Shown here: piece by piece, positions 1-8,935 of the stretch
How positions within the stretch are numbered: the stretch's first letter is position 1
How the letters are laid out: the number at the start of each line of letters is the position of its first letter
From: Candidatus Heimdallarchaeota archaeon
GTDB lineage: Archaea > Asgardarchaeota > Heimdallarchaeia > Heimdallarchaeales > Heimdallarchaeaceae
Reading direction: 5' to 3'
NCBI GenBank assembly: GCA_030668825.1
Contig: DAOVET010000018.1
Location: 1-39,416 of the forward strand
DNA length: 39,416 bases
Position numbers and translations under genes: made by a program
Notes under the pieces: generated by a model
Told to the model about the DNA's origin: nothing
The model's database searches: none
Seen by the model: only the letters and a program-made list of their open reading frames with translations

Positions 1-962
1 CACTCTATGAATTTACAATAGGTTATATTCACATTATCTGATTCACGAGCTTTAATACCTAATGCTGAATCAAGAAATATTGTATTATTAATCGTTACTT
101 CATTACACTGGAACAAATAGATGCTAGTTGAGGTTGAACTAAATATCTGATTTGCAATCAGCACATTTGAACATTTTATAAAAACAAGTTGAGCATAAAT
201 TGAACCATTGAGGTTTATATTTGCGCAATTACTAAAATATCCAAAACTTTTACCGTTGATAATATTTTCTTCAAAAGAATTGTTTGATATCTCTATTTCA
301 TGAAAATAACTTATACTAATACTACAGTTTTCGAATATATTTCTTGAATAATTACAATTATAGGAAGTAACTTCTAATTCAGATTCATAGAAATAATTGT
401 CATTAATCTCTGAATAATAGATGTCAGTACTCATTCTTCCACAATTAACAAAAGAGTTTTTTTCCACATTAAGATAGAAACACAAAAGTGTAGAAATACA
501 ATAATTACAATCAATAATCAAATTATTTGTAATGTTTACATTACTTACAGAATCCATTAAAATTCCACCCCATGAAGATCTAATTGTGTTATTGTAGATA
601 GTAATTGACCCATCATAGATATTATCAAGGGTTATTGCATAAGGATAACAATCAACAATACAGCGTACATCTTGAATAATACAGTTTCTGATTATAATGT
701 GTTTAGTTGTACTACTAATATCAATACTACTAAAAGTATAACCACTTGCATGAAGGTCCAAGTTTTCTATGATATATGGATTTTCAAGTGTACCATTTCC
801 TGGAAAACCTATTAAATCTGCATCTGAGTGGATATAAACACCATCATCTCCTTTATTTCTTATATTCCGTAGAATCCCAGGCATGATTAATCCTACAACC
901 AATCCTGAGACAACTACAGTTATGAGAAACAGAATTACGATGGTCTTAGTTTTCTGTTTCAT
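1..962 (-). CDS. Membrane-anchored right-handed parallel beta-helix (NosD/pectin-lyase-like) protein, truncated by window start
   Basis: Not in the ORF track. Translated by hand from ATG at 962: MKQKTKTIVILFLITVVVSGLVVGLIMPG...FPGNGTLENPYIIENL. Same N-terminal TM and GxGTxENPYIIE motif as the two neighbours; Asn/Ile/Cys-rich repeats follow. Confidence 0.85.
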   Translation of the reverse strand, partial: MKQKTKTIVILFLITVVVSGLVVGLIMPGILRNIRNKGDDGVYIHSDADLIGFPGNGTLENPYIIENLDLHASGYTFSSIDISSTTKHIIIRNCIIQDVRCIVDCYPYAITLDNIYDGSITIYNNTIRSSWGGILMDSVSNVNITNNLIIDCNYCISTLLCFYLNVEKNSFVNCGRMSTDIYYSEINDNYFYESELEVTSYNCNYSRNIFENCSISISYFHEIEISNNSFEENIINGKSFGYFSNCANINLNGSIYAQLVFIKCSNVLIANQIFSSTSTSIYLFQCNEVTINNTIFLDSALGIKARESDNVNITYCKFIE

Positions 963-1040
963 TTTTCAATAATAATACTATGTTGAAACAAATATAAATT
1001 TTATTCAAAAGTAGAGAAATATTGGATATGAGAGATTTAG

Positions 1041-2327
1041 TTATACAGGTGGTTCAGATAAAGGATAAGGATCATTTGACATTGCATCACCTGGTATATT
1101 ATAAGAACCTACTCCGTTCCATGTGTCCCAATAATTACCTTCTAGTAAGATTGTATCATACCAAATGTTAGTGTCCCCATTATCTTCTGCATGAAGATTA
1201 TTTGAAATAAAACTATTATGGTGAATTAAACAATCACTAAATTTTAAGTATATTCCTCTATTGCTAGAATTGGAGAATTGGTTATAACTTAGTTCCATAT
1301 TATAGCTTCCATAGATATACAATGGTGAAGAACAGTTTATGAATAAACATCTTGTTAGGGTTATATTAGAAACAACATCGCATGTTATTCCAGTATTAAT
1401 TCCAGAAAATGTGCAATTGAAGATACTTATATTTGAACATCTGTATAAATATATATGAAAGTACGAGCTGTCTGTATACTGATTAGTAATATTCACAAAA
1501 GAACAATTGACTAAGTAAATTTGCCCATATTGTGCAGCATTTAACAATAAATTAGCTTCATTCAGGAAGCAACCAAATTTCAAACCATTTATCGTATTAT
1601 TTTCAAAAGTATTATTCTGTTCTAATATTACAAGAGGGGATGCACATATAATTCTGCAGTTCCAAAATGAATTATTTACATATAATGAATTATAAGAACA
1701 AACCCACATACCACGTGTGCAATCTATAAATGAATTATCACTCATTTTTGAGATATAGGATAATCCAGTGTTCATCCCGGTATCACATCTAATAAAAGAG
1801 TTGGATTGAACAGTTAGATTATTACCAGAAGATATGTAAATGCCCTTGTAACATTCAATGAAGGTGTTTCCTTTTATAAGAACTGAATCTACAGCTAAGA
1901 TATGTATACCTGCCGCTGGACTTGTAATTGTATTATTAATTATAGCAACTGTGCCATCAGCATTCTCGTAAAGTTCAATTGATGAGGGATCACAATCAAA
2001 TCCAATGCACTCTGGAACACTTACAAAGCAATTTCTAACAACTAAATATTTAGTAGTATCTCCAATTTCTATATTTCCTTGTTTGATGTTTAAATTCTCT
2101 ATAATATAGGGATTTTCAGGTGTTCCATCTCCTGGAAAACCGTAACTAATGAGATCTGTATCAGATTTTATAATTATACTTCTATCTCCAGGATCCTCTT
2201 TTTCATATGTAATTAGAAAGTATGAGATGGTTGTTAATACACCAACCAATAGTATAGACAAAACAATTATGCTAATAAGTTTTCTAGAGATATTAGTCAT
2301 ACTAATAACATAAACAATAAGGCACAA
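1041..2327 (-). CDS. Membrane-anchored parallel beta-helix (NosD-like) repeat protein
   Basis: N-terminal TM helix, GDGTPENPYIIE, repeated I.NN.F/GI.I motifs, C-terminal GNYW...D.YPL. Start may be the Met of MTNISR. Confidence 0.85.
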   Translation of the reverse strand: MCLIVYVISMTNISRKLISIIVLSILLVGVLTTISYFLITYEKEDPGDRSIIIKSDTDLISYGFPGDGTPENPYIIENLNIKQGNIEIGDTTKYLVVRNCFVSVPECIGFDCDPSSIELYENADGTVAIINNTITSPAAGIHILAVDSVLIKGNTFIECYKGIYISSGNNLTVQSNSFIRCDTGMNTGLSYISKMSDNSFIDCTRGMWVCSYNSLYVNNSFWNCRIICASPLVILEQNNTFENNTINGLKFGCFLNEANLLLNAAQYGQIYLVNCSFVNITNQYTDSSYFHIYLYRCSNISIFNCTFSGINTGITCDVVSNITLTRCLFINCSSPLYIYGSYNMELSYNQFSNSSNRGIYLKFSDCLIHHNSFISNNLHAEDNGDTNIWYDTILLEGNYWDTWNGVGSYNIPGDAMSNDPYPLSEPPV

Positions 2328-2351
2328 ATACCTATAAATCTAGCGCTAATT

Positions 2352-3713
2352 TCATTGAAAGGATATCGGTGGATCAGATAATGGATAAGAATCAATCGAT
2401 CCTGTTGAACCTGGAATTTCATATACAGAATAACCTGTAAAATCTATCCAAAAGTTCCCTTCATTTAGACTATCATCGAACCAGAGATTATTGTTACCGT
2501 TTCGATCAATTGCTGAAGAACTATCCATGAAAGAATTGTGATGTACAGTGGAATTAAAAACTTTATCGAATATAATTGCTGAATCAGAATTATTTTGAAA
2601 TAGACAATAGGAAATGTCGAAATCTACTCCACTTATAATATTAATAGCTCTAAAACAGTTTGTAAATCTAGAGTTATTGATTTGAATTTTTGAACAGTCT
2701 AGAGATAGTAATTTTGAACAGAAAGAGAAAGAACTATTGAAAATTGCGATATCTGTGCAATTCATTATACTAATTTGATTAGAATTCTGCAAACTTATAT
2801 TATTTACTGTAACATTTGTACATCTGATCAGAGTAAGTTGTCCTAATTCTACATTAGAAATAGATAAATTATTTTTATGCGTTAGAAAAATTATCTCTTT
2901 TCCATTAATCGTGTTATTGATAAAAGATGAATTTTGAAAAGCATTATAATCCATATACTCAATAAAAATTATCCCTCTATGAAAGTATTCGGTTTGATAA
3001 TATTCAACAAAAGAATTGAAACTAAAATTGAGTTTCTTTTGATAATATAAATTACTGGCATATGACCCAACAAAAATGCTGCTGTAGAGAAAAGTATTTT
3101 GATAAATATTTAGTGTATTATATGTCGGATAAGAGATACTAATACCATAGCATCCACTAAAGGTATTGTTCATTACTGAACCTTCAAGTACACTACAAAT
3201 GTCAAGTCCATGTGCCCCCCCAGAAATTGTATTATTACTAATAGACATATTAGTGACTCCTTCTATGCTAAATCCTACAGTAAAAGCTGTGATATGACTA
3301 TTTTCAACAATAAAAGAATTGATTTCACTTGCATAAATACCTAATTCATGTGCAGAAAAAGTTGAATTATAAATCCCACAATAAGAACTGTTAATGTTAT
3401 GAATAGAGATAGCTATCCAATTTGCAGAAATATCACAATTACGAATTTCAAAACATGATGTTACATCTTTAATAACTAGCCCATTAGATCTGATTGTATC
3501 GAAACTCAAACCTTCAATTATGTATGGATTCTCAAGAGTTCCATTCCCAGGATATTTAGCTAAATCTTTATCTTCATCAATTAGAATTTTTGTTCCTGGA
3601 AGTCCACCATGATGGTTCATCATTGTAAATATTATTGATATACCATATGATACACCAATTATTGAACAGATTACAATCAGAATAATTATCAGAGATTTTT
3701 TTTTGATTTTCAT
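2352..3713 (-). CDS. Membrane-anchored parallel beta-helix (NosD-like) repeat protein
   Basis: Basic N-terminus plus TM, GNGTLENPYIIE, HHNSF, GNFW...DSYPL; paralog of the two downstream genes. Confidence 0.85.
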   Translation of the reverse strand: MKIKKKSLIIILIVICSIIGVSYGISIIFTMMNHHGGLPGTKILIDEDKDLAKYPGNGTLENPYIIEGLSFDTIRSNGLVIKDVTSCFEIRNCDISANWIAISIHNINSSYCGIYNSTFSAHELGIYASEINSFIVENSHITAFTVGFSIEGVTNMSISNNTISGGAHGLDICSVLEGSVMNNTFSGCYGISISYPTYNTLNIYQNTFLYSSIFVGSYASNLYYQKKLNFSFNSFVEYYQTEYFHRGIIFIEYMDYNAFQNSSFINNTINGKEIIFLTHKNNLSISNVELGQLTLIRCTNVTVNNISLQNSNQISIMNCTDIAIFNSSFSFCSKLLSLDCSKIQINNSRFTNCFRAINIISGVDFDISYCLFQNNSDSAIIFDKVFNSTVHHNSFMDSSSAIDRNGNNNLWFDDSLNEGNFWIDFTGYSVYEIPGSTGSIDSYPLSDPPISFQ

Positions 3714-3867
3714 AATCTAGCAGCCCAGCATAGAAATATACGTATATATCAATATATCAATATATTGACACTTAATAAATCTTTCGGTGACTCTTAAACA
3801 AATAGTAGTAATATCCTTTTTGACGCAAATTTTAATTACCTAGTAGAAATATCTCTTTTGAAAGGAA

Positions 3868-4380
3868 ATGTCTGAAGATTTAAAGATTCGAAATTACAGA
3901 GAATCTGATAATGCTCTTTGTCAGAAAATGTGGATTGAATTAACTGAATATCATCAGGAAATATATGTTGATCCATCTATTGGAGGGGAGAATTTAGCTC
4001 AAGGATTCAAAGATCATTTAGAACAATATGGGGGAGAGAGCATTTGGGTAGCAGAAGTAGATGAGATCATAATCGGGTTAATAGGTTTAATTGTCAGAGG
4101 TAAAGCTGCAGAGGTGGAACCCATCATAATAAGTTCAGCTTATCGAAAACAGGGAATTGGGAAGAAATTACTACGATTCATAATCAACCATGCAAGAGAA
4201 AAGGGAATAAAATATTTATCAATAAGACCTGTAGCGAGAAATAAAAATGCTATGAAACTATTCTATGAAATGGGATTCATCATAATTGGACATATTGAAC
4301 TATTTATGAGTTTAAAAGAAAAAGAAAGTAAAAAATGGAAAACAGGTATAGAAATACACGAAATACCTTTCGAATATTGA
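3868..4380 (+). CDS. GNAT family N-acetyltransferase
   Basis: Acetyl-CoA motif A YRKQGIGKKLL and C-terminal N..AMKLFYEMGF. Confidence 0.9.
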   Translation: MSEDLKIRNYRESDNALCQKMWIELTEYHQEIYVDPSIGGENLAQGFKDHLEQYGGESIWVAEVDEIIIGLIGLIVRGKAAEVEPIIISSAYRKQGIGKKLLRFIINHAREKGIKYLSIRPVARNKNAMKLFYEMGFIIIGHIELFMSLKEKESKKWKTGIEIHEIPFEY

Positions 4381-4399
4381 AAGAAAGAAGGAAAAGAAT

Positions 4400-5038
4400 T
4401 TAGAAAGTCGCTCTTATTTCTTCATCTAATCTGTTGACTTTTTCTTCAACGCCTTCAACTAGTTCTTCAAGCTGTGCATACATTTTTTCTGCATATTCAG
4501 CATCTTTGTTTTTTATCCAACCGAGATTAATTTCCACATTATGCATAGCTGACTTGAGACCAGTCAAAGCACAAAGAGCACCTACAGCGATATCTGAAAG
4601 AGCTTGCTTATTTCCTTTAGTTCCCATTTCTATATGAAGATCAATTACTTCTTTACAGGCTATACATGTGTCTAGAGGTACCTCAGCAGCTACTTTGTAC
4701 TCTGCTAAGACTTTAGCTGAACGAGTTGCTTTCTCTTCTTCAGTTTCTTTAGGCATTCCGAATGCCTTAATTACACCACTAAAAGCATTGGCGTCCTTAT
4801 CAGTTAATTCCGTAAGTTTTATTCTAAGTTCTTCAGTTTTTTTCAATTTTTTCTTGAAAAACTTTTCAACATCTTTGTAATCTTCCTTACCTATTGTAAG
4901 TCTCGCAACCATGCTACCTAATGCGGCACCCATAGCTCCAGCAATACAAGCTGCTGAACCACCACCAGGTGCAGGAGCATCACTAGCTAATTCATCCAGA
5001 AAATCTGTTATTACTTTATTTATTAGCATTTCACCCAT
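4400..5038 (-). CDS. Formiminotetrahydrofolate cyclodeaminase / cyclohydrolase (FTCD C-terminal domain)
   Basis: FLDELASDAPAPGGGSAA and SD.AVG...NVEINL signatures; directly downstream of the formiminotransferase. Start placed at ATG 5038. Confidence 0.92.
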   Translation of the reverse strand: MGEMLINKVITDFLDELASDAPAPGGGSAACIAGAMGAALGSMVARLTIGKEDYKDVEKFFKKKLKKTEELRIKLTELTDKDANAFSGVIKAFGMPKETEEEKATRSAKVLAEYKVAAEVPLDTCIACKEVIDLHIEMGTKGNKQALSDIAVGALCALTGLKSAMHNVEINLGWIKNKDAEYAEKMYAQLEELVEGVEEKVNRLDEEIRATF

Positions 5039-5039
5039 T

Positions 5040-5951
5040 TTATTCACCTTTTGAAAAAACTCTTTTTTCGATTATTTGATCTCTATCAAATTTGTTTAAT
5101 TGTAAGTAGAATTCTGCAGCTTCTAAAAGAGCATCAAGAGGAAGCATCCCATAAACTTCTGATTCAGTAACATTTACACCGAATCGTTTTGCTTCTGTCT
5201 TCACCATTTCAAAGACTCTATGTAAGGGGGTTCCTTTGAAATTGGTTATATTCATGCTGACTTGAACAACACCACGATCTTCAATATTCATAGCTCCAGC
5301 TTGAATATACCTTAATCCTCCACCAGAATGACGAATATTTTTAGCTATTTTCTTAGCAACATCCATGTCATCAGTATCAAGATAGATGTTGTATGCAACT
5401 AAGAAGTTTCTAGCCCCAATATTTACTGCTCCAGCTTTAGGATGTATCTTCTTAGCTCCAACATCTGGGAAGTAGTCTTCATTTGTAGTTATTTCTTTTT
5501 TCAGCTGTTCATATTGGAATGATTTTGTTCTATAATTTTGAAGTACTTCTCTAGCTGGATCTTTTGCAGCTGCTCCATAGAAATAAACAGGTATTTTCAG
5601 TTCTTTAGCAATTCTTTTTCCTAGTTTTTGAGCTAGTTCTGCACATTCTTCTAGAGTTATAGCAGTGACTGGAATGAAGGGAATAACATCTGTAGAACCA
5701 AATCTATTGTGTTCTCCTTTATGCTCATTCATATCTATTAACTCAGTAGCCTTCTTACATCCTGCAAATGCAGCATTAACGCATTCTTCAGGTTCACCAA
5801 TAAATGAAATAACGGCTCTATTATGATCAGGATCCATCCTGCTATCTAACATAATGATTTCTCCACCCTTTTGGATGGCATCAACGATTTGGTCAATAAT
5901 CTCTTGATTTTTTCCTTCGCTGAAATTGGGTACACATTCAACCAGAGGCAT
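5040..5951 (-). CDS. ftcD: Glutamate formiminotransferase
   Basis: Canonical N-terminus LVECVPNFSEG, D.DHNR, H.G.H.R.G..DVIPF, GAR.FLVAYN, QVSMN. Start moved to ATG 5951 (GGTGA upstream); the longer ORF-track extension overlaps the upstream gene. Confidence 0.95.
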   Translation of the reverse strand: MPLVECVPNFSEGKNQEIIDQIVDAIQKGGEIIMLDSRMDPDHNRAVISFIGEPEECVNAAFAGCKKATELIDMNEHKGEHNRFGSTDVIPFIPVTAITLEECAELAQKLGKRIAKELKIPVYFYGAAAKDPAREVLQNYRTKSFQYEQLKKEITTNEDYFPDVGAKKIHPKAGAVNIGARNFLVAYNIYLDTDDMDVAKKIAKNIRHSGGGLRYIQAGAMNIEDRGVVQVSMNITNFKGTPLHRVFEMVKTEAKRFGVNVTESEVYGMLPLDALLEAAEFYLQLNKFDRDQIIEKRVFSKGE

Positions 5952-6055
5952 ATTTTCACCTTGCCCTCTTTTTTGGATTTGAACATATAAGTTTTTGGTA
6001 TCAATGCTCAAAAAAACCAAAAAACAGTGGAAATAGAAAGAAAAGGAAGAGAAAA

Positions 6056-7360
6056 TTAAAGGTTTTGAATGACATCTCTCAGAATGCTCATACATTCATC
6101 AATTTCCTCAGATGTAACATTGAGATAAGGTCTGAAACGGATGGTTTTTTCTCCACAAACAAGTAAAAGTAGTTCTTTAGCATAAGAATCTTTTTTGATT
6201 TGATCGCGTTTCTCAGTAGATTCTAAATCAAATGCAGTGAACAATCCTCTTCCTCTACAATTGGATATTTTCTCTGGAAAATCAACTTGGAGTTCTTTTA
6301 CTTGCTTTAACATATACTCGCCCATTTTAGCAGCATTATCAGCAAGATTCTCCTTCTCGATAATTTCAAGATATTTTGTTGATCGGAAGATATCAGTTAA
6401 GTTTCCGCCCCATGTAGAGTTAATTCTACTGCTTTCTTCAAAGACATTATTTTCAACTTCTTTAATTTTATCAGATGCTAATATTCCACACACTTGCATT
6501 TTTTTACCAAAACAGAGGATATCTGGTTTTGCTTCTCCAAAGTGTTCATAGGCCCAGAATTTTCCTGTCATTCCAACGCCAGTTTGAATCTCATCATAGA
6601 TTAACAAAACGTCATGATTATCTGCTATTTGTCTTAGCTTTTGGAAGAATTGTGGACGGAAATGATTATCTCCACCTTCAGCTTGTATGGGCTCAATTAT
6701 CATACAAGCAATATCATCACCATATTTTTCGATAGTATCATGTATCTCCTGACAGCTCTTCTCTTCTGCTATAACAATTTGTTCAAAATTATCTTCAATT
6801 GGGAAAGTTACTTTGGGATTAGATACTCTAGGCCATTGGAATTTGGGGAAGTACTTTGTTTTCTTGGGATCAAAAGTATTTGTTAAGCTCAAAGTATATC
6901 CTGATCTTCCATGGAAAGCTTGCTCAAAATGGATTACTTGACTTCCTACTTCATCTTCAAAACCTTTAGAAAAGTTCTTTCTAACTTTCCAATCAAAAGC
7001 AGTCTTAAGAGCATTCTCTACAGCTAAAGCTCCACCTGAGATCAAGAAAAGATTTGGCATATCGTTGGGAATTCCTACTCTACTAAAAGTTTCCACAAAA
7101 TCACCCATTTCATCAGTATAGATATCTGAACAACTGGGTTTATTTACTGCAACTTCTGCTAATTGGTTGAGAAAATCCTTTTCCATCATTGCTGGATGAT
7201 TCATTCCAATGGGTGATGAAGCAAAGAATGAATAGAAATCAAGAAAGGTTTTATCATTCTTTTTATCAACTAATCTGCATCCATGACTTTTCCTTAAATC
7301 AAGTACTAAAGGATAACCATCAACAAGCATGTGTTTACCTATTTTTTCTATAGCATCCAT
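6056..7360 (-). CDS. lat: L-lysine 6-aminotransferase (class III PLP enzyme)
   Basis: HMLVDG..LVLDL, SGGALAVENALK.AFDWK, AFHGRSGYTLSLTNT, EPIQ.EGGD, DEIQTG, FGKK.Q, SRINSTWGG. ATG 7360 preceded by AGGTGA. Confidence 0.92.
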   Translation of the reverse strand: MDAIEKIGKHMLVDGYPLVLDLRKSHGCRLVDKKNDKTFLDFYSFFASSPIGMNHPAMMEKDFLNQLAEVAVNKPSCSDIYTDEMGDFVETFSRVGIPNDMPNLFLISGGALAVENALKTAFDWKVRKNFSKGFEDEVGSQVIHFEQAFHGRSGYTLSLTNTFDPKKTKYFPKFQWPRVSNPKVTFPIEDNFEQIVIAEEKSCQEIHDTIEKYGDDIACMIIEPIQAEGGDNHFRPQFFQKLRQIADNHDVLLIYDEIQTGVGMTGKFWAYEHFGEAKPDILCFGKKMQVCGILASDKIKEVENNVFEESSRINSTWGGNLTDIFRSTKYLEIIEKENLADNAAKMGEYMLKQVKELQVDFPEKISNCRGRGLFTAFDLESTEKRDQIKKDSYAKELLLLVCGEKTIRFRPYLNVTSEEIDECMSILRDVIQNL

Positions 7361-7450
7361 TTTCAATATCACCTTTATGAGCATAGAAGTTCGTTTATTT
7401 ATAAATTGAACTGAAGGAACACGCAGCTTCTATCTGAAAATTGAAAAAAA

Positions 7451-8830
7451 TTACTTCTTCCTTCGAAATGGTTTTTTCACAAAATTGGCAAAATTCGATA
7501 AAGTATAATGTGGTAATTCTCTAAAGGATGAAGAAAATAGCTTCACTTCCTTCAATGAAAGGAACATGAAACCCAATATGAATCTCATTACAGTAACAAA
7601 GGCTAGAGCTATAGTAAGAGAAACTTCTTGCGAGTACCAATTTTGTAGAACTTGAACCATATATCCTCCTAGTAGAGTTCCTACAAAATAGAATACTCCT
7701 GTGACCAAACCCAGAACACCAAAATATAATCCACCATTTTTTCTAGGTATTATATCTAAAATGTATGCATTCACTCCTGCAATACTTAGATTGAATATAC
7801 CTGCAATAAAGAAGTGCACCAAATAAAGATGCCAGATTTCAGAAGCAAAAATGTATCCAAGAGGGAAGAGAAACAAGATCATACGATTAATCAGAATGAG
7901 TTTTGTTCTTCCAAACTTATCGGCTATCTTAGCTCCCAACATAATAAACAATATTGTAGTAACTGCAAAGATTATTTCAAGCAAAGCGACTTCAACTGCT
8001 GTTGCATTCAAAATATTGATCTGTTTAAGACTAAATAATGGCCAAGAAAAAGTCCAAAACAGTCCAAAGATTGAATAAAGAAGCATAAATTTTCTGAAAG
8101 GTTTATTCCTAAAAATTTCTTTAATTCCATCTTTCAAATTTCCATCAGTTTTTTCAAATTGCACTCCTTCGCGTTTTAGAGGTTCTTTTATCTTTCTGAA
8201 AGGAAGCACAGCTATAGTGGAAATCAAAACTCCTAGACCAACAGGGATGAGGATATACTTTTGATACTCGATGTTTTCTCCAAAGGCAAAAGTAAGTATT
8301 ACTCCAGTAAAAAGTGTAGCAATCATACTGCCAAATGATCCAAACCAGAAAGCCCTACCAGTAAGTTTACCTCTAACCTCTTTTGGAAAAAGTTCATTCT
8401 GTAAAGCATTCCATGCAGGGTTACCTAAACTCAACAAGATGTTAACAATTGCTACGATGAGAATAACAAATTCAGGCGCCTTAACCCAATAAAGAAATGC
8501 GTAAGGAATAATCCAAGTGATAGTTGAAATAACTATGAAGGGAATTCTTCTTCTAACCATATCTGAAAGTCGTCCAAAAAAAGGATCCAAAAATTGTCTT
8601 AGAAGGTTAGCTATTGCTTGAATCCAACCCAAGATTCCAGCTGATGCACCTAAATTTAAAGAAATAAATGAGACAAATGGATTTACTAGACCATAGGATA
8701 CACTGGTAGCTATTGAACGAGAGTAAAGAGCAATTTCCTCAGTTCTTTCGATTTCATGATCTGTTTCATCAGTAGACTCACCCAATGGAATTGTATCAAG
8801 TAAATCTATAGAAGAATCAGAATCAGTCAT
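7451..8830 (-). CDS. MFS transporter
   Basis: About 12 hydrophobic segments; motif A-like GRLSDMVRRR and GAKIADKFGR. Confidence 0.92.
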   Translation of the reverse strand: MTDSDSSIDLLDTIPLGESTDETDHEIERTEEIALYSRSIATSVSYGLVNPFVSFISLNLGASAGILGWIQAIANLLRQFLDPFFGRLSDMVRRRIPFIVISTITWIIPYAFLYWVKAPEFVILIVAIVNILLSLGNPAWNALQNELFPKEVRGKLTGRAFWFGSFGSMIATLFTGVILTFAFGENIEYQKYILIPVGLGVLISTIAVLPFRKIKEPLKREGVQFEKTDGNLKDGIKEIFRNKPFRKFMLLYSIFGLFWTFSWPLFSLKQINILNATAVEVALLEIIFAVTTILFIMLGAKIADKFGRTKLILINRMILFLFPLGYIFASEIWHLYLVHFFIAGIFNLSIAGVNAYILDIIPRKNGGLYFGVLGLVTGVFYFVGTLLGGYMVQVLQNWYSQEVSLTIALAFVTVMRFILGFMFLSLKEVKLFSSSFRELPHYTLSNFANFVKKPFRRKK

Positions 8831-8850
8831 GAATAAGAGGATTATTCATG
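8828..8850. promoter_or_regulatory. Palindromic operator candidate overlapping the MFS start codon
   Basis: CATGAATAA-GAGGA-TTATTCATG, a perfect 9-bp inverted repeat with a 5-bp spacer. Confidence 0.5.
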
Positions 8851-8935
8851 TTATTCTAAAAGATTGTGTTAGAAAAATGAACCTAAATCTTACTATCAAA
8901 TTAATGTAGAAAATAAAAAAAGAGAAAATTAGTGT

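Noticed and set aside
3736-3768. AT-rich palindromes (ATATACGTATAT, TCAATATATTGA) in a divergent promoter
   Set aside because: Low complexity overlapping TATA-like sequence; plausible by chance.
5952-6095. N-terminal extension of the formiminotransferase in the ORF track
   Set aside because: Overlaps the lat 3' end and a T-rich spacer; the family N-terminus starts at 5951.
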